DNA from: Candidatus Kaiserbacteria bacterium
Lineage (GTDB): Bacteria; Patescibacteriota; Minisyncoccia; Phycocordibacterales; JABMNX01
NCBI GenBank assembly: GCA_013204405.1
Contig: JABMNX010000040.1
Span: 1,046 to 65,045, forward strand
Direction of reading: 5' to 3'
DNA length: 64,000 bases
Shown here: positions 1 through 9,139 of the stretch, piece by piece
Numbering within the stretch: position 1 is the first letter of the stretch
Layout: each line of letters begins with the position of its first letter
Notes under the pieces: model-generated
Told to the model about the DNA's origin: nothing
The model's input: the letters and a program-made list of their open reading frames with translations, nothing else
The model's database searches: none
Made by a program: the position numbers and the translations under genes

Positions 1-927
<927 letters not shown>

Positions 928-929
928 CC

Positions 930-1169
930 ATGTTTCCACTTACTATCACAACTGTCGATAAGAAACTTTTCAAAGGAGAAGTTGTTTCAGTGACCGCACC
1001 AGCTCAAGAAGGTGAGGTTACTATTCTTGCTCATCACGCACCCTTTGTAAGTACTCTTACTAACGGTGTTATTACTGTACGGGAAGGGAAGGACGTAGAA
1101 CCGTTACTATTTGATATTGAAAAAGGAATTATTGAAGTAGGTGGCAACTTTGCAACTATTTTGGTGTAA
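930..1169 (+). CDS. atpC: ATP synthase epsilon subunit (N-terminal beta-sandwich only)
   Basis: Follows atpD; GEVTILAHHAPFVSTL motif; 79 aa with no C-terminal helical hairpin. Confidence 0.9.
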   Translation: MFPLTITTVDKKLFKGEVVSVTAPAQEGEVTILAHHAPFVSTLTNGVITVREGKDVEPLLFDIEKGIIEVGGNFATILV

Positions 1170-1235
1170 CTTTGTTTTTAAGTCCGCTTAGTACAGGTAG
1201 AAAATATATAATCAAAATGATAGTATTATTTTAAT

Positions 1236-2411
1236 ATGAAAGTTGAACGAATATTTGTAGGTGGATGGTTTCAGAGAACGACTCTGCACCTCTCAGAAAT
1301 ATATGACTTCCTTAAAGATGGAGAGTCTCCACTGCCTTTAGATAAGAAAAAGCTACTTACACTTCGAGATTCTCTGTCACTGAGTGATATAGAACTAAGT
1401 GTTGAAGATTTAGAATATATACACGTTACTACCTCAGGTGGTATAGAAGTTAAGATTTTTGAAGACGGACTCATTGTGCTTGGTAAAGATAATGAAAAAG
1501 ATGTTAGGGCTGATATAACCGACCTTACCTCTTACTATGAAGAAAAACTGTCTCCAGCCATTAGTTATATTTTTTCACTTGGAGCGCCAGTTCCTAAGGA
1601 GCTCGCTAATATCAAGACTATTTACCCGTATTTTCTCGTATTAAAGAATGCTACCGATAGTGAAGTGCAGAATTTACTTGATGAATTTAAACAGGAAAAA
1701 TATTTTGAAATAAAAGAAAAGACATTTCAAGTCTATCGTGGAGATAAGCTTTATATTGTAAATAACATCTCAGAAAAAATTACTGATATTGAGAAATTTA
1801 TTCAAGAGCAGATATTTATGCGCGAGTTTAAAGGTCAATTGCACCGATATCTCAACCTCCATCGTATTATTTGGGAAAGAATAGCAGAAGTTAAAGAGAA
1901 GGGGAAAATACGCGGTAAAGACGTAGGAGCATTTAATACTCGAATAGAGGAATATGCCAAGACAATTAACCTTATTGATACCCGAATTAATCAGATGGGT
2001 GCATATATTTCTACTCGCGAGTCCGTTTTAAAGAATGACCCGCATATGCAGAAATTTTTAGGAGTACTTCAATTTAAATATGAAACGTTATCTGACACGT
2101 TGTCATATGTTAAAGATATATGGCAGATGACAAGTAATTATGTTGACTCTGCACTGAACCTCTTCTCTTCAATTCAAGCAAAGAGTACAGAATCGTCTGT
2201 TACAAACCTTACTATCATCACATCAATGGGAGTTGGTGCGACGCTTATGGGACTCTTCTCCAAAAGCGCTCCTGAGTTCACTCTCTTTGGAGTTGGTTAT
2301 TTTATTGCACTTGCTGTAATTGGATACTCTGCAAACAAAGTCATGAAGACTATCGCAGAACGACGTATGTACAAGATTCAGGACGTTGATGTTGCTAAAG
2401 ATATTACATAG
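1236..2411 (+). CDS. Hypothetical membrane protein with CorA-like architecture (long soluble helical region plus 2 C-terminal TM helices)
   Basis: 391-aa ORF with two hydrophobic segments near the C-terminus; no GMN motif seen. Confidence 0.5.
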   Translation: MKVERIFVGGWFQRTTLHLSEIYDFLKDGESPLPLDKKKLLTLRDSLSLSDIELSVEDLEYIHVTTSGGIEVKIFEDGLIVLGKDNEKDVRADITDLTSYYEEKLSPAISYIFSLGAPVPKELANIKTIYPYFLVLKNATDSEVQNLLDEFKQEKYFEIKEKTFQVYRGDKLYIVNNISEKITDIEKFIQEQIFMREFKGQLHRYLNLHRIIWERIAEVKEKGKIRGKDVGAFNTRIEEYAKTINLIDTRINQMGAYISTRESVLKNDPHMQKFLGVLQFKYETLSDTLSYVKDIWQMTSNYVDSALNLFSSIQAKSTESSVTNLTIITSMGVGATLMGLFSKSAPEFTLFGVGYFIALAVIGYSANKVMKTIAERRMYKIQDVDVAKDIT

Positions 2412-2523
2412 GGACATACGAAATAAAGAGGTTTGGGTGTTTGTGGTGCATAGAAGTCTTTTGATATATGCTTAGGTTAAATTTATGTTGCGGTGATAAT
2501 ATTAATAAAATAAATAAAAAATC

Positions 2524-3231
2524 ATGCTCAAGAAACTCATATATATACCAGCACTCGCAATCTTTCTGTTTGCAGGGGTTGTACAGGCGCAAACTGAAGA
2601 TATATTACCTAATGCTGGAATGTTGCCAGATAGTCCTTTTTACTTTCTTGAAAGGTTAACTGAAGGGGTTACCATATTTTTTACATTTGGAGATAAGGCT
2701 AAGGCAGAACGTCTTTTCAAACAGTCAGAGGAACGGTTAGCTGAAGTACAAGCGCTGGTTAATAAAGATAAATCAGAAAAGGCTGAAAAAATAATTGAAC
2801 GATATCAGGAGAAGATAGCTAAGGCTATAGAAAGAGCGAAGCGGGCTCGAGAAAAAAATGAAGATGTTGACGATATCCTCGAACATATCGCAGAGGCAAC
2901 ATCACGCCACCAGGAAGTACTTGGTGATGTGTACAAAAAGGCTCCTGAGGACGCAAAAGAAGCTATCAAACATGCTCTTGAAATGAGTTCAAAAGGGTAT
3001 GACTCAGTTCTTCAAGCTATCTCTGAAGATAGAATAGAGGAAGTACTCAAACGGGTAAAAGTTAGTGTTGAAGAGGCTAAAGAACGCTTGGAAAGCTTAC
3101 GGGAGAGAGGAATCCCAGTTCCAGGACTTAACGTGTACAACAAAGAGGACTTACGTGAGCGTATGGAAGACAGAATAGAGGATGTCGATGAAGAGCAAGA
3201 CATGACAGAAACTGAAGAGATGCAGCGGTAG
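2524..3231 (+). CDS. Secreted helical protein, DUF5667-like
   Basis: Signal peptide, then GMLPDSPFYFLERLTE...EERLAE and a charged coiled coil. Confidence 0.7.
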   Translation: MLKKLIYIPALAIFLFAGVVQAQTEDILPNAGMLPDSPFYFLERLTEGVTIFFTFGDKAKAERLFKQSEERLAEVQALVNKDKSEKAEKIIERYQEKIAKAIERAKRAREKNEDVDDILEHIAEATSRHQEVLGDVYKKAPEDAKEAIKHALEMSSKGYDSVLQAISEDRIEEVLKRVKVSVEEAKERLESLRERGIPVPGLNVYNKEDLRERMEDRIEDVDEEQDMTETEEMQR

Positions 3232-3306
3232 TAGTTAAAAAAATATAGAAAACACGCCACGTATGTGGAGTGTTTTCATTGTAAAAAACAATGCTACTAT
3301 AGTGAC

Positions 3307-3591
3307 ATGTTTAAGCGTACTAAAGAGGATTTTAAGTGTGAACACTGCGGAGAGCAGGTAGTTGGTAATGGATATACTAACCATTGCCCAGGGTGTTTGT
3401 GGAGCAAACACGTTGATATTGAGCCTGGGGACCGTGCCTCAGAGTGTGGGGGTATGATGCGTCCTGTTTTATTAGAAGAAAAAAACGGAGGGTATGTAGT
3501 ACTTCATCGCTGTACTGAATGTAGTTTTGAAAAGCATAATAAGCTTCAAAATGAGGACAATTTTGACCCAGAGCAGGTACTCAACAGTTAG
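3307..3591 (+). CDS. RNHCP-domain zinc-binding protein
   Basis: FKCEHCG...YTNHCPGCLWSKHVD..PGDRASECGGMM...HRCTEC; ATG at 3307 chosen. Confidence 0.8.
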   Translation: MFKRTKEDFKCEHCGEQVVGNGYTNHCPGCLWSKHVDIEPGDRASECGGMMRPVLLEEKNGGYVVLHRCTECSFEKHNKLQNEDNFDPEQVLNS

Positions 3592-3631
3592 TACTAGCGC
3601 AGTGTAGTATTTTTGTGACATAGTAAAGGTA

Positions 3632-4087
3632 ATGATTGATCCAATGGAATATATGAAGCAACCGTGGCCACCTCCTGTGCCACACTACCATGGTGATACT
3701 GTCCAGATGCTCTTTCTTACTGGTGGAATAATTATCTTAGCGTCACTCCCTTTCTTTAAAAACTTACTCCAAGCAGGGACTAGTTTTTTACCAATCTTCG
3801 TTGTCCTCTTAGTACTGGGAGGGGCTATAGTAAATCCATTTCAACGTTTAACTGTTGCTGTTAACTTAATCATAGCAGCGATTGCGGTAATTTTATTTGA
3901 ATACGCAGCAGTTATCGGTTTTGGAGAAGATGAATTTATTTTATCTGTAATTAGACAATCTCTCGCAATAATATTTCTCTTTGCACTTTACTACAGTGGC
4001 AGAACCCTACGTGCAATGTTTCTACATCAGATAGGCAAAAAGAATGGTCAGATTTATGATGATGATAACAAGTCTGACGAATTATAA
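3632..4087 (+). CDS. Hypothetical 4-TM membrane protein
   Basis: Four hydrophobic stretches in a 151-aa ORF. Confidence 0.65.
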   Translation: MIDPMEYMKQPWPPPVPHYHGDTVQMLFLTGGIIILASLPFFKNLLQAGTSFLPIFVVLLVLGGAIVNPFQRLTVAVNLIIAAIAVILFEYAAVIGFGEDEFILSVIRQSLAIIFLFALYYSGRTLRAMFLHQIGKKNGQIYDDDNKSDEL

Positions 4088-4124
4088 ACATGTTCTTCGA
4101 TCGTTTTTTTGATACACTATAGGT

Positions 4125-4352
4125 ATGTTTAAAAATATGTTAATGAAGAGACTACTTAAGTCTAAGATGAAGGACGTGCCTGAAGAGCAACAAGACATGA
4201 TTCTTTCTGCGATTGAGAAAAACCCTGATTTCTTTCAAAAGGTTGGATTAGAAATTCAGACCAAGATGAAAGAAGGAAAAGACCAAATGACAGCAACTAT
4301 GGAGGTGATGCAGTCTCATCAGGAAGAGTTGCAGGGATTTATGAAAAAATAA
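4125..4352 (+). CDS. Small hypothetical helical protein
   Basis: 75-aa ORF just downstream of a TGnTACACT -10-like element; co-oriented with its neighbours. Confidence 0.65.
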   Translation: MFKNMLMKRLLKSKMKDVPEEQQDMILSAIEKNPDFFQKVGLEIQTKMKEGKDQMTATMEVMQSHQEELQGFMKK

Positions 4353-4355
4353 ATT

Positions 4356-4850
4356 ATGGATATCTATACTATTCTCATTCTTACACACCTGGTTGGTACA
4401 GTTTTAGGTGTAGGTTCGGCAACATTTGCAGAGATTTTTTACCTTAAAGCACTTAAGGACGGTGAGGTTAGTCCAGATGAAGGTGCTCTTCTCAAGTCAA
4501 CGTATACTGTATTACGAGTTGGGCTTATTTTGGGGGTATTGTCAGGATTTGGGTTTTTATTGTTATATCGATTTACTGGGCAGGAAGAGCGTTTACTTGA
4601 CCCTAAGCTTTGGGCAAAAATGACCGTTATTGTAATTCTTGTTATTAATGCGCTCATGCTCCAACTCCACCGTATTCCTATGTGGCTTGGAGCATCACTT
4701 TCGGTTACGTCCTGGTATGCAGCAATGATTCTTGGGGCATGGCATGGTGTTCCGTATTCATACATAGAAATCATGGCGGGGTATATAGTTGCAGTTATTG
4801 TTATGATTTTTGTGCTCGAATTTATAAAGAAAACATATTTAAAAAAGTAA
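4356..4850 (+). CDS. Hypothetical membrane protein
   Basis: About 5 TM helices, with a His in TM1 (THLVGTVLGVG). Confidence 0.65.
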   Translation: MDIYTILILTHLVGTVLGVGSATFAEIFYLKALKDGEVSPDEGALLKSTYTVLRVGLILGVLSGFGFLLLYRFTGQEERLLDPKLWAKMTVIVILVINALMLQLHRIPMWLGASLSVTSWYAAMILGAWHGVPYSYIEIMAGYIVAVIVMIFVLEFIKKTYLKK

Positions 4851-4860
4851 CACGATATCT

Positions 4861-5316
4861 ATGAGTCAAATATTTATAATTACACTTATTGTCCATGTTA
4901 TCTCCGGACTTGTTGGCTTTATTGCTACCTACGCGATATTAATGGCACTTTTTAGAAAAGAATCATCTATTAGAGTTTTGCGTTTTTCATCAGCTCTTGC
5001 ATTCCTTTCGTACATGACCTCTTGGTTAATGGGAGGATACTACTATGTCCTTAGGTACGGACCTGAGGTTAAGCCGGTAATTAAGAGTGGAGATAATCCA
5101 TGGGCCCACTCTTTTTTTATGGAGACAAAGGAACACATTTTCCTACTGTTACCAGTACTCACTTTTATGTTAGCTCTTATTTTTTTTGTTCGTGGAGAAG
5201 AGGTTGTCTCAAAAGGACGAATGAAACGAGCGGTTATATACATAACGGTGCTCACTGCGCTACTCGCACTCTTCATCACAGCTTCTGGAATTATTATAAG
5301 TGGAAGTGCGCGATAA
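4861..5316 (+). CDS. Hypothetical membrane protein
   Basis: About 4 TM helices; GGYYYV...PWAHSFFMETKEHIF motif. Confidence 0.65.
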   Translation: MSQIFIITLIVHVISGLVGFIATYAILMALFRKESSIRVLRFSSALAFLSYMTSWLMGGYYYVLRYGPEVKPVIKSGDNPWAHSFFMETKEHIFLLLPVLTFMLALIFFVRGEEVVSKGRMKRAVIYITVLTALLALFITASGIIISGSAR

Positions 5317-5330
5317 TATAGATAAAAATT

Positions 5331-5678
5331 ATGAAGACCAAGAATATGACCAAGGATAAAAAATCACAATACATTCTGGCATTTGCCATGAGCGCAAGTT
5401 TGGCTATAGTTACGATAGCTGTCCTGACAATAGTGGGGGAATTACATAAGCCACTTAAGGATTGGTTGGCTACAACATTTACTCATCATTGGATAGGCAA
5501 AGGTGTGATTTCGTTTGTTGGGTTTTATATAGTAGGATATGTTCTTAGCTTCTTAGTTTCAGCTGCTCGAGACAAAGAAGCGACAATCTTATTTTGGTTG
5601 TTTTGGGTCAGCGTACTGAGTACTCTCGCAATTTTTGGATTTTATTATTACGAGGCATTCATGGTGGTCCATGTGTAA
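5331..5678 (+). CDS. Hypothetical membrane protein
   Basis: 3 TM helices; HHWIGKG motif. Confidence 0.65.
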   Translation: MKTKNMTKDKKSQYILAFAMSASLAIVTIAVLTIVGELHKPLKDWLATTFTHHWIGKGVISFVGFYIVGYVLSFLVSAARDKEATILFWLFWVSVLSTLAIFGFYYYEAFMVVHV

Positions 5679-5712
5679 ATATATTAGATAAATTTAAACC
5701 GTTACTATTTTT

Positions 5713-6309
5713 ATGAAAACAAAGAAAGTTTTAGTGTTTGTAGGACATCCTGATACTGATTCAACTGTCGGCTCACTTGCAACCGCATACGTTGAAGGTG
5801 CTCAAGCAGGAGGTCACGAAGTTCGTCGCATGAATATTGGAGAAATGCAGTTTGACCCCATCCTACACAAGGGGTACAAGGAAATTCAAGCACTTGAACC
5901 AGACTTATTGTCAGCACAAGAAAACTTTACATGGGCAGACCATATTGTGATTTTGTATCCAAACTGGTGGTGTTCAATGCCCGCTCTACTAAAGGGGATG
6001 TTTGACCGAATGTGGCTTCCGGGATTTGCTTTTAATTTTAAAAAAGATAAAGATGGAAACCGTACGAGTAAACTCATAAAGATGTTTGAAGGGAAAAGTG
6101 GGCGTGTAGTAGTAACAACCGGCACACACCCAATAATGATTCGATTTCACTTTGGAGACTTTACCAATGAGATAATTAGGGTTATCTTAGGATTCTCTGG
6201 TATTTCACCTGTGCGCCTCAGTACGTTTGGCCCTAGTGAAAAAGCATCAGAAAAGAAAAAAGAAGCATGGCGCACCGAAATGTACACGCTCGGACAAAAA
6301 GCAAAATAG
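5713..6309 (+). CDS. NAD(P)H dehydrogenase (quinone), flavodoxin-like fold (MdaB/KefF family)
   Basis: VFVGHPD..S, WADHIVILYPNWWCSMPALLKGMFDR and PGFAF motifs. Confidence 0.9.
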   Translation: MKTKKVLVFVGHPDTDSTVGSLATAYVEGAQAGGHEVRRMNIGEMQFDPILHKGYKEIQALEPDLLSAQENFTWADHIVILYPNWWCSMPALLKGMFDRMWLPGFAFNFKKDKDGNRTSKLIKMFEGKSGRVVVTTGTHPIMIRFHFGDFTNEIIRVILGFSGISPVRLSTFGPSEKASEKKKEAWRTEMYTLGQKAK

Positions 6310-6315
6310 GAATTA

Positions 6316-6365
6316 ACACAATCATGTCACTATCAATCGGTATGGTCAGAACACAATAAGACATT
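6316..6365. other. attL (B-core-P') of the serine-recombinase element
   Basis: Core ATCGG at 6336-6340. The right arm ATGGTCAG-aacac-AATAAGACAT is the inverted counterpart of the arm at 20726-20748. Confidence 0.88.
6324..6359 (+). pseudogene. ychF: Displaced original 5' end of ychF (MSLSIG fused to element sequence MVRTQ*)
   Basis: ATG TCA CTA TCA ATC GG joins in frame to A ATC GTT GGA CTC CCT AAT at 20752, rebuilding the canonical MSLSIGIVGLPNVGKST. Confidence 0.9.
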
Positions 6366-6478
6366 ACAGCACCAAGAATGAGAGACTGATACCATTCTCC
6401 TTTACTATAAAATTACCACCTCCTATGAAAAGAGGTGTAGATTACGGGTTCAGACCAAAAGAACCTATTTCTTATTAA
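6341..6478 (+). other. Detached 3' segment of the recombinase gene (45 codons plus TAA), in frame only after excision
   Basis: After codon 532 (CGG, 20749-20751) the joined sequence reads YGQNTIRHYSTKNERLIPFSFTIKLPPPMKRGVDYGFRPKEPISY* with no internal stop. Confidence 0.75.
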
Positions 6479-6559
6479 CAGTTGTGGATTTCTCCACTCA
6501 ACTTTACTGGTATCATTTAAGTGTATTAGTGGCTACCCCTATTGGGGTAGCGCTGTTGG

Positions 6560-6688
6560 TTAACAAGGTATCTTTCGAACCTCGCGGACGGTGTATTGAG
6601 GATACCTGCGAGCGTAACTCTCGGTAACAATATGCCCAGTCCTAACATCACGGTAAATAATAACCGTGCGGTATTTTTTTGTTTTCAC
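6560..6688 (-). CDS. Small basic 42-aa protein (not in the ORF track)
   Basis: GTG...TAA: MKTKKYRTVIIYRDVRTGHIVTESYARRYPQYTVREVRKIPC. The RDxxTGxxV...A...P..TVxE pattern resembles a small-protein family that I recall but cannot name reliably. A minus-strand promoter lies upstream. Confidence 0.65.
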   Translation of the reverse strand: MKTKKYRTVIIYRDVRTGHIVTESYARRYPQYTVREVRKIPC

Positions 6689-6845
6689 AATAAAATCTCG
6701 TTAGTTTTCTGATAAACGACCTTATGACGTGTTGAACTCACGTCGAGTTGTCAAACGCTGTTGCTCAACTCGTCAGTCGTTATCTCCCAGAGGGGTAGCC
6801 ACCAATAAACTCAAAGAACAGAATAAAGTATTTTTGTTACCTTAT

Positions 6846-6874
6846 ATTATACCACACCTACTTCTATTTTTGAA
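6846..6874 (-). promoter_or_regulatory. Sigma-70 promoter with extended -10
   Basis: Minus strand reads TTCAAA-17 nt (ending TGTGG)-TATAAT, pointing toward the 42-aa ORF and attL. Confidence 0.65.
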
Positions 6875-7069
6875 TAAAAATAGAAAATCTACATTCATTT
6901 TTTTGTAATTTGACCATTTTTTATTTCATAACCCTCCGAAATAAGGCGGTTATGAATACGACGGAGTACTTCACCAAGAGTTACTAAACTTTCTATGGTT
7001 TCCTTTGAAAAAAGAGGTTCTGGCTTTTCGGTTTTCATATTGTTAAACTAAGGATACAACTGAATATAT

Positions 7070-7228
7070 TACCCGCAAGGGTAGAAGTCTAACCCTTATT
7101 ATATTTATAAGGTATGGCTTAAAACCTATACAGTGCAAAAAACTCCGTCTCGGAGTCGCTGTATAGGTCGTGTGGGGAAACTCATACGGGCAGGAGCAAT
7201 CTTGTCGCAACGGGACGGAGCTTTTTGT
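7070..7228 (+). ncRNA. Candidate structured RNA or 5' leader with GNRA-capped hairpins
   Basis: TACCC-GCAA-GGGTA; CGTGTGGG-GAAA-CTCATACG; GCAGGA-GCAA-TCTTGT; ACCTATACAG (7124-7133) pairs with CTGTATAGGT (7159-7168). Confidence 0.45.
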
Positions 7229-7519
7229 ATGGAAATAAAAAATAGAACTCAATATCAAAAAAAGGTTACGTGGAAAAAGCACGGGTTTGAGAAAAACTTT
7301 GGTTCAAAAATGTTAAATGGGATTACTTATGGAGTCTTTGGTTTGCCAATACTTCTTGGTATTTTTGCAGTGCCAGTTGCATTAGCGTTGTTGCCAGTAA
7401 CACTTCTTGTTGATTGGTTGTTTCCTAATCTTGTCTTTCCATACAATTTATTTTTCCAACTTCCTATTGCTATATACGTGGTCTGGCAAGTTTGGAAGTT
7501 TTTGGAGGAAAAAGATTAA
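7229..7519 (+). CDS. Hypothetical membrane protein (element cargo)
   Basis: ATG at 7229; basic N-terminus and 2 TM segments. Confidence 0.6.
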   Translation: MEIKNRTQYQKKVTWKKHGFEKNFGSKMLNGITYGVFGLPILLGIFAVPVALALLPVTLLVDWLFPNLVFPYNLFFQLPIAIYVVWQVWKFLEEKD

Positions 7520-7523
7520 CTTT

Positions 7524-8123
7524 ATGAACGAGCAAGAATTATTCAGGAAGGTGTATGGTGAGATACTTGATTATGTGGAGGACGATTTACTTTTGAAATG
7601 TGCTAATTGGGGATATGGCGTTCACCAAACACTTCTGGAAAATAAACAGTATCTTATGCAGGTAGAAAAACAAGGGGAACAAAGTGCTCCGTTTATGTAT
7701 GCTGTGGCAACAGCGGTTATCGTCGGCGAGTTTGCTAAACTTGCATATAGAGACCATTTTTCTGACGAAACAAACCTTCTTTTGGACGAACTAGATTTGG
7801 AGTTTGAACAGGTGAGTGGCTTTCTCAATAAGTATATTGGTAAAGACCGTTTTGAAATGCTGGAGGAAATAAATGGTGTTAGTTTGAAGGACATTTGGGC
7901 TACGATAGGTGAGTGGAAAGAGGAGATATATAAATCACTAGTTCATATTTATAAAGAGCAAGGTGAAAAAGAGTCAGACCATAAAATATATACTTCACTA
8001 CTAACTCTGTTTGAGGAAATGGACGAGGAGACAGGAGATATTCTTCCAAGACTAATGGATAAGACTTTTGGTTATCCAGAAATGGAAGTATATGAGTATA
8101 TAAGTAATGGCTTCAAAAACTAA
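7524..8123 (+). CDS. Hypothetical acidic protein (element cargo)
   Basis: ATG 4 nt after the upstream stop; 199 aa. Confidence 0.65.
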   Translation: MNEQELFRKVYGEILDYVEDDLLLKCANWGYGVHQTLLENKQYLMQVEKQGEQSAPFMYAVATAVIVGEFAKLAYRDHFSDETNLLLDELDLEFEQVSGFLNKYIGKDRFEMLEEINGVSLKDIWATIGEWKEEIYKSLVHIYKEQGEKESDHKIYTSLLTLFEEMDEETGDILPRLMDKTFGYPEMEVYEYISNGFKN

Positions 8124-8125
8124 TT

Positions 8126-8437
8126 ATGAAAGTTTCTATTCCAAAAGAATATCTGGGACATTTTCAAGAAGATATAGCATTCCTTACTTGGTGGAAGAAA
8201 CCAACACTACTTTTAATGAATAAAGACGAAAAAGAGTCCTTTCAAGAAACACTGGAGAAGGGTGTGTGGATACGCTTCGCGGAAGGTTGCGAATGGAGTC
8301 CTCTTTGTATGCCTATCGTTGAATTAGTCATAGAAGACGGAATAATTAGCATTCCTACCCCAGAAGACCCTAGAAGGCGTTTACGAGGTAAAAATAGGGT
8401 ATTTACAAGTGATAGAGCTGGTATTGTTCTATCTTAA
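8126..8437 (+). CDS. Hypothetical protein, possibly a divergent MraZ/AbrB-fold DNA-binding protein
   Basis: KVSIPKEY...LLLMNKDE and ELVIEDGIISIP echo the two MraZ repeats; resemblance judged by eye. Confidence 0.4.
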   Translation: MKVSIPKEYLGHFQEDIAFLTWWKKPTLLLMNKDEKESFQETLEKGVWIRFAEGCEWSPLCMPIVELVIEDGIISIPTPEDPRRRLRGKNRVFTSDRAGIVLS

Positions 8438-8501
8438 TAAGGTGATTTGTCCCTATTGGAGTGTTATAAATTAGTATTAAGTTCGTGATAAAATAGAAGT
8501 A

Positions 8502-9092
8502 ATGACTAAACTAATGACAGTAACAAAGGAAAACGGGGTGACACAACGTAGTGACATCACTCTTACGAAAGAGACTGCTGTTACGCTGTCACAAAACATA
8601 CTTTTGGGCAGGAGTTTATTGACTAGAGAGGCAGAAAAAAAGGGAGTAGTAGAGCTTATTGGAAACGACGGAGGGCTTGTCACTGTGCCGTATCATACAC
8701 TACGTATGTGGATAGTTAGAAAGAATGTTATACCAGAGACAGGCAATGTTTTGAGGGACATTTTGGACGAAGCAAGAGAGGAATATCGTAACATCAAAAA
8801 GAGGGAAATGGACGAAAAACGGGAGGAAGTAATCGACAAGAAGTTTAATAGGGTTATATCTATGAGGACGAAAGAGCCAGCGGTAGGAATGTTCGGAGTG
8901 GTCAAAGACCCTATAACGAAAAAGCCAGTCTACATTGAGAATGTGAAACTGCTCGCAGAGCAAATGAAGAACGTACGCTTTTTGGCAGAGCGTTTATATT
9001 CAAACCGCTATGGAAAAGTTATGAAGAGTGAAAACAAGAACCTAACACTCTCTCTTTCAGACTTACGGAAGTATGAGGAGAGACAAAAATAA
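8502..9092 (+). CDS. Hypothetical protein, possibly terminase small subunit-like
   Basis: HTH-like VPYHTLRMWI, a helical coiled coil, then FLAERLYSNRYG and a short tail, as in TerS-type proteins; weak call. Confidence 0.4.
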   Translation: MTKLMTVTKENGVTQRSDITLTKETAVTLSQNILLGRSLLTREAEKKGVVELIGNDGGLVTVPYHTLRMWIVRKNVIPETGNVLRDILDEAREEYRNIKKREMDEKREEVIDKKFNRVISMRTKEPAVGMFGVVKDPITKKPVYIENVKLLAEQMKNVRFLAERLYSNRYGKVMKSENKNLTLSLSDLRKYEERQK

Positions 9093-9101
9093 TACCTTCT
9101 A

Positions 9102-9130
9102 TTGCAATGTAAAGAATTGTAAAGTATACT
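9102..9130 (+). promoter_or_regulatory. Sigma-70 promoter of the DUF4268-HTH-hsd operon
   Basis: TTGCAA-17 nt-TATACT ending 9 nt before ATG 9140; the spacer holds TGTAAAG twice at 10-bp spacing. Confidence 0.6.
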
Positions 9131-9139
9131 GGTTTAATT

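Noticed and set aside
930-1169. atpC as a broken gene
   Set aside because: The N-terminal domain is complete; epsilon subunits lacking the C-terminal helices occur naturally.
6520-6810. tmRNA, tRNA or retron ncRNA at the element's left end
   Set aside because: No tRNA-like acceptor or T-arm and no tag reading frame were seen, and there is no reverse transcriptase in the window. The integration target is ychF, not an RNA gene.
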